A stretch of 64,000 bases of DNA from an uncultured Bacteroides sp. (GTDB lineage: Bacteria > Bacteroidota > Bacteroidia > Bacteroidales > Bacteroidaceae): assembly GCA_947074295.1 (NCBI GenBank), contig CAMTPC010000004.1:3-64002 (forward strand), in the 5' to 3' direction. A program made the position numbers and the translations under genes. Positions 1 to 8,767 of this stretch are shown here, in pieces. The notes beneath the pieces are model-generated. The model was not told where the DNA came from. It saw only the letters and a program-made list of their open reading frames with translations, and did not search any database. Every line of letters begins with the position of its first letter. The stretch's first letter is position 1.

Positions 1-408
1 ATATTGCATCCTATGACGGTACATTTTCCTATAGCATTAATACTTGTTTCATGTTTGCTTGCTATCATTTATTTGATTCGTAAACATGATATTGGTATGT
101 CAGATTGTATAAAAACCCTCGTCATTTTGGGCTGTTTGGGTGCTTGGGCTGCTGTCATTACGGGCAACTATCACATGGAACTCACTCCGGAAGCCGAAAA
201 AATAAAAAATATACATCACAGCTTTGCAGGCTGGACGGCAGCAATTATCACGTGCCCTGCTGCTATATACCTGTTGTCCTATTTTATAAAGGAATCATTG
301 CCTAATTGGTTGTACTGGTTAGCTTTTATACTATTAGGAGCTGCAACAATTCTGATAGCTGTGACGGGGTATTTTGGAGGATATATTGTTTACAACGTTA
401 TGCTTTAA
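1..408 (+). CDS. DUF2231-like membrane protein (probably 5'-truncated by window edge)
   Basis: HPxxVHFPIAL N-terminal motif, 4 TM segments, H-H and GxxGG-xx-VY C-terminal pattern; frame is open back to base 1. Confidence 0.7.
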   Translation: MLHPMTVHFPIALILVSCLLAIIYLIRKHDIGMSDCIKTLVILGCLGAWAAVITGNYHMELTPEAEKIKNIHHSFAGWTAAIITCPAAIYLLSYFIKESLPNWLYWLAFILLGAATILIAVTGYFGGYIVYNVML

Positions 409-431
409 GTTTCATTTAAATAGTTTTCAGT

Positions 432-848
432 ATGGATATTAGTGTTACAGATAAGATCGATAAAAAGGATGAAGAAGAATTGATTCAACATCTTGCAGAT
501 TATAATTACACCCAAGCTCATAGCAAGCCTGGCGAATTGGGTGTATTCCTGCGCGATGATAATGACAGAATTATTGCAGGACTGATTGGGCATACATGGG
601 GCAAATGGTTATTCATCAAAACCCTATGGGTACACGAAGATTATCGGGGCAGTGGACTTGGCGCACGCATTCTGACAATGGCTGAAGATAAAGCCGTTGA
701 AAAAGGGTGCAAATTTGTATTTCTAGATACATTTAGTTTTCAGGCTCCTAAGTTTTATCCAAAAATGGGGTATCAAGAATCTTTCACACTGAATGAGTGT
801 CCAATAAATGGAACAAGGATCTATTATACTAAAAAACTTGGTAGTTAG
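432..848 (+). CDS. GNAT family N-acetyltransferase
   Basis: LWVHEDYRGSGLG acetyl-CoA motif A; LDTFSFQAPKFY. Confidence 0.9.
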   Translation: MDISVTDKIDKKDEEELIQHLADYNYTQAHSKPGELGVFLRDDNDRIIAGLIGHTWGKWLFIKTLWVHEDYRGSGLGARILTMAEDKAVEKGCKFVFLDTFSFQAPKFYPKMGYQESFTLNECPINGTRIYYTKKLGS

Positions 849-895
849 ACATTAATTAAATCTATTTCTTTTGAGAAGTATTACTATACTATTTA

Positions 896-966
896 CTGAC
901 TAGGGCTACCCAATATGCTGAATAGTCCTAGTCGGCATGCTGAATGGCCCTAGCCAATATGCTGAG
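896..966. repeat. Degenerate 22-bp quasi-palindromic tandem repeat (REP-like)
   Basis: CAATATGCTGAATAGTCCTAGT / CGGCATGCTGAATGGCCCTAGC / CAATATGCTGAG; CTGACTAGGGCTA..TAGTCCTAGTCGG inverted pair. Confidence 0.6.
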
Positions 967-1058
967 AACATCTTCTCAATAATGCTACTATTTACCATTG
1001 ATTTTCAATTCTTTACATCTATTGCATTTTTCGTTAAAAACAATCACTTTGCAATCAT

Positions 1059-1106
1059 AAAAAAAAATAATCTGCTATCTTTTTACATTAAGATAACAGA
1101 TTATTT
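1059..1106 (-). terminator. Intrinsic terminator of the oxalate/PFOR operon
   Basis: AAATAATCTG.TATCTT / AAGATA.CAGATTATTT stem, with the A-run at 1059-1067 giving a U-tract on the minus strand. Confidence 0.7.
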
Positions 1107-1138
1107 ATTGTTGAGCTGCCTTTTAAGTATTTGTCATT

Positions 1139-4100
1139 TTAATAAACATCTTTGGACTCATTGAGAATCTTATATAGTTCATCGCAGTCTTGTTGTAATT
1201 CTGCATGAAGTTCTTTAGCCTCATCGGGCATCATCTGCGTAAGAGCAGCATATCGATCTTCGCCTGCAAGGAAAGTAGGCATAGTTCCATCAGGTTGCTT
1301 GTAATCAACACTCAATGGATCTTTACCTGCTTTTGTCAAATCCGGATTGAATCTATAAAGTGCCCAATATCCACAAGCCACCGCATATCCTTCTTCCAAA
1401 ATGCTTGTACCCATGCCAGCACGCAGTCCTTGATTGATGCACGGACAATAAGCAATGACGATAGAAGGCCCTTCATATGCCTCGGCTTCACAAAGAGCGT
1501 TTATAGCATGTTGCTTGTTGGCACCGATGGCGATGGAAGCCACATATACATTACCATAGGTCATCATCATACGACCCAATTCTTTTTTATTGGTACGCTT
1601 ACCTGCTGACGAGAATTTGGCGATAGCACCAAGTGGTGTAGCTTTCGATGTCTGGCCACCTGTATTAGAGTAACATTCTGTATCAAGTACAAGTATATTC
1701 ACATTTTCGCCCGACGCCAACACATGATCAAGACCAGCAAATCCGATATCATAAGCCCAACCATCGCCTCCAATGATCCATACTGATTTCCTGCCAAACA
1801 TATCAGCATTGTTTCGCATCTCATTAAATATTGAATTATCAACGACATCTTTTATAGCCGATAATACTTTCTGGCCAAGTGCATAAGACTGATCTGGATC
1901 ATCTTTGGCTGCTTTCCAAGCATTAAGTGCTTGTTGAATATCTACCGGAAGATCCTTCATCGTTAGAGCCTCATCGACCAATAATTCCAACCGCGCTCTC
2001 CGTTGTTTCACAGCCGTAGCTATGCCATAACCATATTCAGCATTGTCCTCGAACAGCGAATTACCCCAAGCTGGTCCATGTCCATTCTTGTTTTTAGTAA
2101 ATGGCATACTAGGCATACTAGCCCCCCATATAGAACTACATCCAGTAGCATTAGCAATCAGCATTCGTTCACCAAACAGCTGTGTTACTAGTTTCACATA
2201 AGGGGTCTCTCCACATCCAGCACAAGCCCCAGAGAACTCCAACAATGGTTGAAACAACTGTGAGCCTTTGATGCTATTGCGTGGCAGCAGACCATCTTTC
2301 ATGGAGATATGCAACTGTGCAAATTCTAGATTAATGCGTTGTTCATCCACCTCATCACTATAGAGTTTAAACGACAATGCCTTGGCTGGACAAACATTGA
2401 TACAGCTACCACATCCTAGGCAGTCATCGGGATAGACCTGTATGCGATAGCTCAAATCCTTGAAAGCAGGACCACCTGTTGCAGCTTTTGTCGTAAATGT
2501 ATTTGGCGCACCATTCATCTCGTCTTTTGTAGGTAGATAAGGTCGTATCGCTGCATGAGGACATACAAAGGAACACTGTGTGCATTGGATACATTTATCA
2601 ATATCCCAATAAGGAATCTGATAGGCCACACCCCTCTTTTCATAAGCGGTAGTTCCCACAGGAACGAAGCCGTCTGGTGAAAATTTAGATACCGGCAGAT
2701 CATCCCCTTTCATCGCCAATATAGGTTTAGATACATAGCGAATGAAATCTGGTTCAATAACAGGCTTTTGAGGGTCATCTTTTGCGTCTTTCCATGCATC
2801 AGGATAGTTAATCTGAATCAATTCGGCAATGGCAGAATCTAAGGATTTCCAATCCTTATCAATCACGGCCTGACCTTCTTTGGCATAAATCCTTTGTATA
2901 TCAGATTTCAGTAAAGTAATAGCTTTATCGTAGTCAATGATATTGGCTAATTTAAAGAAAACTGCTTGCATAATCATATTGATGCGCACGCCCAATCCCA
3001 CTTCGGCAGCTACTTTCATTGCATCAATGTTATAGAACTTCAATCCCTTTTGGGCAATTGTACGACGCATTTGTGCGGGTAATCTTTTTTCCATATCTGC
3101 CAATGTCCATGCCGAGTTAAGGACAAATGTACCGCCAGGAATGATATCCTCCAACATATCAAACTCCTTGACATAGCTGCATTTGTGACAAGCCACGTAG
3201 TTGGCTCGCATGATAAGATAAGATGATAAGATAGGATCTATCCCAAAACGTAAATGTGATACTGTATAACCGCCTGACTTCTTCGAATCATGTGAGAAGT
3301 AAGCTTGAATATGCATATTGGTATTTTCGCCTATGATACGTGCAGCTTGTTCATTGGCACTAATCGTTCCATCCGAGCCAAAGCCATAAAACTTACATTG
3401 TATAGTTGATTGAGGAACGGGATCAATAACCTCATTGATTGATAAAGAGAGATGAGTGACATCATCATTGATACCAATCGTAAAAATTGGTATCAGTTTA
3501 GCAGACTGCATATTATCAAACACTGCTTTTACCATACTAGGCGTGAAATCTTTTGAACTCAATCCATAACGCCCACCCAAGACTTTAACTTTTAAATCAT
3601 TGGTTTGAATCGCTGTACAAATATCTTGAAAAAGAGGTTCGCCTTGCGCTCCTGGTTCTTTTGTCCGATCTAGAACAGATAAGATCTTAACAGATTTAGG
3701 AAGTGCTGCCAATAAATGCTCTACAGAGAAAGGACGATATAGGCGCACTTTAACTAGACCTACTTTCTGATTCTGCTTTAATAGATATTCCACCACTTCT
3801 TCCACCACATTGCAGCTAGATCCCATTGTGAGGATGACATATTCAGCATCAGGTGCACCTACATAATCGAATAGATTATATTGTCGTCCAGTAAGCTGCC
3901 CCACTTTCTTCATATTACTTTCCACAATGGCGGGTGTTGCTAGATGGAAGGAGTTGGATGCTTCCTTATTCTGGAAATATACATCGGGATTCTGGGCTGT
4001 GCCTCGCATATTTGGATTCTCAGAATTCATGGATCGTGCTCTGAAAGCATTTACCTTATCCCAATCAACCAATGGGCGAATATCTTCATAGTCAATCATC

Positions 4101-4651
4101 TCAATATTCTGAAGCTCGCTAGACGTACGCATACCATCCATAAAATGACAGAATGGAACAGATGAGTCTATGGCTGAAAGATGTGCAACCAAAGCAAGAT
4201 CCATGCACTCCTGGACAGAAGAAGAAGCCAAGAAAGCAAAACCGGTATGGCGACATGCCATTACATCTTGATGATCTCCAAAGATGGAAAGTGCATGTGC
4301 AGAAATAGAACGCGAAGTTACATGAAATACTGCTGGCAATAATTCACCTGCTATTTTGTACATATTAGGGATCATCAACATTAGACCTTGCGATGCTGTA
4401 AAGGTAGTCGTGAGTGCTCCACCCGATAAACATCCGTGCACTGCACCCGCAGCCCCTAGCTCCGATTCCATTTCATGTACCACCATGGTTTGCCCCATCA
4501 GATTCTTGCGTCCGTCCACTGCCCACTGATCAGCCAGCTCACCCATATCTGACGCAGGCGAAATGGGATAAATCGTAGCAGCGTCAGACATAGCGTAGGC
4601 TATATAAGTAGCGGCTGTACAGCCATCTACAATTTTTCTACTAGTAGCCAT
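1139..4651 (-). CDS. nifJ: Pyruvate:ferredoxin(flavodoxin) oxidoreductase family, homodimeric NifJ type; divergent copy
   Basis: YPISP, FTASQGL, ALSIFGDHQD, DSKKSGG, two CxxCxxCxxxCP ferredoxin motifs, ACAGCGE, TPP motif GDGWAYDIG..YSNTGGQ; 1170 aa. Confidence 0.93.
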   Translation of the reverse strand: MATSRKIVDGCTAATYIAYAMSDAATIYPISPASDMGELADQWAVDGRKNLMGQTMVVHEMESELGAAGAVHGCLSGGALTTTFTASQGLMLMIPNMYKIAGELLPAVFHVTSRSISAHALSIFGDHQDVMACRHTGFAFLASSSVQECMDLALVAHLSAIDSSVPFCHFMDGMRTSSELQNIEMIDYEDIRPLVDWDKVNAFRARSMNSENPNMRGTAQNPDVYFQNKEASNSFHLATPAIVESNMKKVGQLTGRQYNLFDYVGAPDAEYVILTMGSSCNVVEEVVEYLLKQNQKVGLVKVRLYRPFSVEHLLAALPKSVKILSVLDRTKEPGAQGEPLFQDICTAIQTNDLKVKVLGGRYGLSSKDFTPSMVKAVFDNMQSAKLIPIFTIGINDDVTHLSLSINEVIDPVPQSTIQCKFYGFGSDGTISANEQAARIIGENTNMHIQAYFSHDSKKSGGYTVSHLRFGIDPILSSYLIMRANYVACHKCSYVKEFDMLEDIIPGGTFVLNSAWTLADMEKRLPAQMRRTIAQKGLKFYNIDAMKVAAEVGLGVRINMIMQAVFFKLANIIDYDKAITLLKSDIQRIYAKEGQAVIDKDWKSLDSAIAELIQINYPDAWKDAKDDPQKPVIEPDFIRYVSKPILAMKGDDLPVSKFSPDGFVPVGTTAYEKRGVAYQIPYWDIDKCIQCTQCSFVCPHAAIRPYLPTKDEMNGAPNTFTTKAATGGPAFKDLSYRIQVYPDDCLGCGSCINVCPAKALSFKLYSDEVDEQRINLEFAQLHISMKDGLLPRNSIKGSQLFQPLLEFSGACAGCGETPYVKLVTQLFGERMLIANATGCSSIWGASMPSMPFTKNKNGHGPAWGNSLFEDNAEYGYGIATAVKQRRARLELLVDEALTMKDLPVDIQQALNAWKAAKDDPDQSYALGQKVLSAIKDVVDNSIFNEMRNNADMFGRKSVWIIGGDGWAYDIGFAGLDHVLASGENVNILVLDTECYSNTGGQTSKATPLGAIAKFSSAGKRTNKKELGRMMMTYGNVYVASIAIGANKQHAINALCEAEAYEGPSIVIAYCPCINQGLRAGMGTSILEEGYAVACGYWALYRFNPDLTKAGKDPLSVDYKQPDGTMPTFLAGEDRYAALTQMMPDEAKELHAELQQDCDELYKILNESKDVY

Positions 4652-4683
4652 ATTAGTTATTGATTTATGGTTATATATTCTTC

Positions 4684-5841
4684 TTATTTTTGTCTATTCC
4701 CAAACTCTTCACGAAGAGAAGTTCCTTCTTGATTTAGTTTTGGTGCCGGGGGGCGTGTTGATGAATCTGGAAAACCACTAATCTTGATAGGCATGCCAGG
4801 CATCATCACGCCTCCCGATTCGACTAACATTTTTCTATCATGTATTTCGGGAAGTTTCATCGCCTCTTCTACCGTCAAGATAGGACCAGCAGGGACACCA
4901 ACTTTATCGATTACCTTCAACCAATGATCGGCATTTTCATTCATCAATTTTTTCTCGAGTATTGTTTTAAGTTCATTCTCATGTATCACCCGTTCTTGAT
5001 TTGTAGCAAACCGTGAATCGGTAATGAGTTGAGATAAATCCAATGCCGAACAAAGTTTAGCAAAAAGATGATCATTACCACAGCAAATAGCTATGTATTT
5101 ATCTTTGGTCTTATAAATATCAAAAGGCGAAATATAAAGATCACGGTTGCCAACTCTCCCTGGCGACACACCTGTAGCTAGATAAGTGAGTAAGCCTTGT
5201 TCTAAAAAAGAAACAGCTGAGTCAAACATGGCAATATCTACATATGCGCCCCTTCCCGAGTGATTTCGTGCATAAAGAGCAGTTACAATACCACCAAAAA
5301 GATAAAGTCCTGTAGTCATATCAACCACAGAAGTACCAGCTCTTACTGGAGGCCCATCAGGGAATCCAGTTTGCATCATCAAGCCACTCATAGCCTGAAT
5401 GATAGTGTCGTATGCAGGAAATTGGGAAGCCGCTCCTGACTGACCAAAGCCCGAAAGCGATGCATAAATCAATCGGGGGTTCAAAGCAGATAACACTTCA
5501 TACGAAAAGCCGAGTTTCTCCATAGTACCAGGACGGAAATTCTCGGCGAGTATATCCGCTTGTTTCACCATGTTCAAGAAAATAGTCTTATCATCTTCTT
5601 TTGTTAAATCAAGCATAATACTCTCTTTACCTCTATTGACAAAAGAATATTCTAAGGATTCTCCTTTAACAAACGGACCCCAGTAGCGTGACTCATCACC
5701 ATCGGGAGGTTCCTCGATTTTAATGACTCGCGCACCAAGGTCGCAAAGTATGTTTGTGGCGAACGGTCCACTCAACACATGGGTCAGATCGACTACCAAT
5801 AATCCTGCAAAAGGACCTTGTTTTTTAGTTTCATTGTCCAT
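4684..5841 (-). CDS. yfdE: Class III (CaiB/BaiF) CoA-transferase, YfdE/UctC-like (acetyl-CoA:oxalate CoA-transferase family)
   Basis: GPFxGLLVxDxTHVLxGPF, ENFRPGTMEKLGFS, PAYDTIIQAMSG, catalytic Asp in GTSVVD, ICCGND; matches recalled E. coli YfdE end to end; operon position after yfdV. Confidence 0.85.
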   Translation of the reverse strand: MDNETKKQGPFAGLLVVDLTHVLSGPFATNILCDLGARVIKIEEPPDGDESRYWGPFVKGESLEYSFVNRGKESIMLDLTKEDDKTIFLNMVKQADILAENFRPGTMEKLGFSYEVLSALNPRLIYASLSGFGQSGAASQFPAYDTIIQAMSGLMMQTGFPDGPPVRAGTSVVDMTTGLYLFGGIVTALYARNHSGRGAYVDIAMFDSAVSFLEQGLLTYLATGVSPGRVGNRDLYISPFDIYKTKDKYIAICCGNDHLFAKLCSALDLSQLITDSRFATNQERVIHENELKTILEKKLMNENADHWLKVIDKVGVPAGPILTVEEAMKLPEIHDRKMLVESGGVMMPGMPIKISGFPDSSTRPPAPKLNQEGTSLREEFGNRQK

Positions 5842-5859
5842 TTAGCAGAGATTTTGTTT

Positions 5860-6879
5860 TTAATGCATATTGGCAACAAGTCCTGCCAGCCAATACCAGA
5901 AGGGGCAGGTTCCCATAAAGAGGAAGGTGCTCATTGCTAACGATGAGGTACCAGTCCGAACATAGATTTGGTAACGACTGCCAATGATAATTCCTGAGAA
6001 GGCTGGAGGCAATGCACCTGCCATAACCAACATTTGCAGATTGATAGGTTCCATATGAAACAACTTCCCGACAATCAACAATGCGCCAGGCATCAAGAAT
6101 AATTTAATAAGTGTATTGTAACAAATTTCCCAATCAAACTGAACTTTTTGTGCTGACAAGGTTACACCTGCAGCAAAAACGGCAACACCAGCATTAGCCT
6201 TAGCAATCAAATCAAATGTAGGATCCAACCCTTTTGGGAAACGAATACCTATAAGAATGAAAATTACTGCCAAGATAGGCGCCCATACAACTGGTTGTTT
6301 TAAAGCGTTAAGAAAAGCATTGCTTCCTTTTTTCTTTTTTTCAGGAGCAGCAGGTTGAGTTGGGGCAGCACCTGGTGTAGCTGTAGTGGTAGAAGATGCC
6401 GGAATAGGTGTGGTGTCTGGATCTAATAGGTAGAGACCAATAGGAATAGTAATAGCATTAACCACAATGGCTACGATTGCAATCACCAAACCAGTACTTG
6501 TATTAAAACCGTAAATAGGTTCTAATACGGCAAATCCCAAGAATCCAATAGTAGGAGAACCAGCTATCAAAGCACACACCGCAGCTTCTTTCTTACTATG
6601 TTTGAAGAACTTCTTGCAACCGAAGAAAGCCCACATGAAACATGCTACAATTACCACAATACTGATGATTAATAGCTTCAAGTCTTCGAAAAGCAAATGC
6701 CTATCAGCCTTAACTATAGACAAAAACAAAGCAGCAGGTAAAGCGTAGTTCAATACTAGTTTATTGAAGCTTCGCGCGTTTTCTCCTGTAAAAGCATTTG
6801 TTTTTCCGGATAAGTATCCGAGTAGCATTATCACGAATATAGGTAACAATGCATTTAATATCATTTGTCCAAATTCCAT
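5860..6879 (-). CDS. yfdV: AEC (auxin efflux carrier) family transporter, YfdV-like; probable oxalate/formate carrier
   Basis: [44 protein letters not shown]; ~10 TM; lies between oxc and yfdE as in E. coli. Confidence 0.88.
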   Translation of the reverse strand: MEFGQMILNALLPIFVIMLLGYLSGKTNAFTGENARSFNKLVLNYALPAALFLSIVKADRHLLFEDLKLLIISIVVIVACFMWAFFGCKKFFKHSKKEAAVCALIAGSPTIGFLGFAVLEPIYGFNTSTGLVIAIVAIVVNAITIPIGLYLLDPDTTPIPASSTTTATPGAAPTQPAAPEKKKKGSNAFLNALKQPVVWAPILAVIFILIGIRFPKGLDPTFDLIAKANAGVAVFAAGVTLSAQKVQFDWEICYNTLIKLFLMPGALLIVGKLFHMEPINLQMLVMAGALPPAFSGIIIGSRYQIYVRTGTSSLAMSTFLFMGTCPFWYWLAGLVANMH

Positions 6880-6899
6880 ATAATAGAGTTTATGATTTT

Positions 6900-6942
6900 A
6901 ATTGCGTGCTGCAAGTGTTTATCATTCATGCAGCACACAATT
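6900..6942 (-). other. Intercistronic stem-loop (oxc/yfdV), no U-tract
   Basis: AATTG.GTGCTGCA ... TGCAGCAC.CAATT. Confidence 0.55.
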
Positions 6943-6961
6943 ATTTCAGGTTAGTAACTGA

Positions 6962-8689
6962 TTAACTTTTCAATGCAGTCGAAGGGTTCAAATTACCAAT
7001 ATGCCCACTTTCCAGACCTACTGAGGGATCGATCTTCACATCAATCATACAAGGTTTTTTAGAAGCAATTGCTTCAGTTAACGCTTTAGTCAATTCGGCT
7101 GGCGTTTCAGCATAATAAGATGTTCCACCAAAAGCTTCAATAATCTTCTCATAATGCGCATCAGGCATCAAAGTTGTAGGTGATGGATCGGTTCCACCAC
7201 TTAGATTAGGGCTATCGCCCTTATAGATACCGCCATTATTGAATACTACAACCGTAATGGGAAGTTTGAAGCGACACATTGTTTCTACTTCCATTCCACT
7301 AAATCCAAATGCACTATCACCATGGATAGATACTACTTGTTTGCCGGTAGTAATAGCTGCTCCTAGTGCGAAACCCATACCAATACCCATTACGCCCCAT
7401 GTACCACAATCCAATCGTTTCCGTGGTTCGTACATATTTATCACATTACGAGTATCATCGAGAGTGTTAGCACCTTCGTTCACTAGATAGTAATCTCTTT
7501 GTTTATCTAATACATCACGTACAGCTTTAAGGGCATTGAAAAAATTCATAGGTTCGGCAGTCGAAGCCAACTTAGCTTCCATTTTCTGAGCATTCACAGC
7601 TTTATCCTTATTGATGGCATCCATCCACGAAGGATCAACTTTTATTTGATGTTTTGCTAACCCATCAACAAATGCCTGCATACTTGAAACTATATCACCA
7701 GCTACGGGAGCATCTATAGGACGATTGCTGTCAAACTCCTTGGGTTCAATATCAAGTTGCACAAATTTAACTGCTGGATTCCAATGTTTACCTTTTCCAT
7801 GGCCGAGCAACCAATTAAGGCGCGCACCTATCAGAATAACCACATCCGCACCTTTCATTACGAATCCACGAGCAGCAGCGGCACTTTGTGGGTGATCGTC
7901 AGGTAACAAGCCCTTAGCCATAGACATAGGCAAGAATGGAATACCTGTTTTCTCGATAAATGCTTTGATGGTGTCATCAGCTTGCGCATAAGCAGCACCC
8001 TTACCCAAGATAATCAAAGGACTCTTAGCACTTGCAATCAAAGAAAGTGCTTGGTCAACAGAGGCGGCCGAAGGAATTGAAGCTGGAGCAGGATCTACAA
8101 CTGTGAAAAGTGTCTTATCTGCTTCATCTTGATCCATGGTGGCTGCAAGCATAGCTGTTGTTAAATCCAAATAAACACCTCCAGGACGACCTGAAGTAGC
8201 CGCACGAATAGCTCTCGCTATACCAGTAGCTACATCTTCAGGCTTATTAATACGATAGGCTGCTTTACAAAAAGGCTTAGCAATATTCATCTGATCCATT
8301 TCTTCATAGTCCCCTTGCTGAAGATCAATTATGGCACGATCACTAGAACCACTTATCTGAATCATAGGGAAACCATTAGTTGTTGCATTGGCCAATGCTG
8401 TGATTCCATTCAGGAAACCAGGTGCAGATACTGTCAAACAAATACCAGGCTTTTTCGTTAAATAACCAGCAATTGCTGCAGCATTCCCAGCCGATTGTTC
8501 ATGACGGAAACCAATATAACGTATACCTTCTTCTTGTGCATGACGTGCCAAATCTGTAACAGGGATACCCACAACTCCAAATATAGTATCTATTCCATTC
8601 TTTTTTAAAGCTTGAACTACGATGCGCATACCATCAGTGAGATTCTGAGGCTGTGCTTGAGATTGGGTTTGATTTTGTTCTGTTGTCAT
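6962..8689 (-). CDS. oxc: Oxalyl-CoA decarboxylase
   Basis: GVVGIPVTDLAR, FRHEQ, LTVSAPGFLNG, QQGDYEE, NEGANTLD, GTWGVMGIG, TPP motif GDSAFGFSGME..NN, C-terminal ESGHIGNLNP. Confidence 0.96.
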   Translation of the reverse strand: MTTEQNQTQSQAQPQNLTDGMRIVVQALKKNGIDTIFGVVGIPVTDLARHAQEEGIRYIGFRHEQSAGNAAAIAGYLTKKPGICLTVSAPGFLNGITALANATTNGFPMIQISGSSDRAIIDLQQGDYEEMDQMNIAKPFCKAAYRINKPEDVATGIARAIRAATSGRPGGVYLDLTTAMLAATMDQDEADKTLFTVVDPAPASIPSAASVDQALSLIASAKSPLIILGKGAAYAQADDTIKAFIEKTGIPFLPMSMAKGLLPDDHPQSAAAARGFVMKGADVVILIGARLNWLLGHGKGKHWNPAVKFVQLDIEPKEFDSNRPIDAPVAGDIVSSMQAFVDGLAKHQIKVDPSWMDAINKDKAVNAQKMEAKLASTAEPMNFFNALKAVRDVLDKQRDYYLVNEGANTLDDTRNVINMYEPRKRLDCGTWGVMGIGMGFALGAAITTGKQVVSIHGDSAFGFSGMEVETMCRFKLPITVVVFNNGGIYKGDSPNLSGGTDPSPTTLMPDAHYEKIIEAFGGTSYYAETPAELTKALTEAIASKKPCMIDVKIDPSVGLESGHIGNLNPSTALKS

Positions 8690-8696
8690 AAATAAT

Positions 8697-8703
8697 ACCT
8701 CCT
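8697..8703 (-). promoter_or_regulatory. Shine-Dalgarno AGGAGGT upstream of oxc
   Basis: Minus strand TAGGAGGT-attattt-ATG, 7-nt spacer. Confidence 0.8.
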
Positions 8704-8726
8704 AATTAAAAAAAATACTTGAAAAT

Positions 8727-8755
8727 GTCTTGTAGCCGGATATCAACTACAAGAC
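8727..8755 (-). other. Intercistronic stem-loop (frc/oxc)
   Basis: GTCTTGTAG ... CTACAAGAC perfect 9-bp stem. Confidence 0.6.
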
Positions 8756-8767
8756 TTCTCTACTTAA

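Noticed and set aside
896-966. CRISPR array
   Set aside because: Units are contiguous and degenerate, with no unique spacers and no cas genes.
937-1164. 75-aa ORF
   Set aside because: Runs through a repeat and terminator; composition reflects AT-rich non-coding DNA.
1139-4651. Calling the PFOR a Moorella-type oxalate oxidoreductase
   Set aside because: It is a single-chain NifJ architecture lacking the YPIRP arginine and retains PFOR-type ALSIFGDH and CoA-domain motifs.
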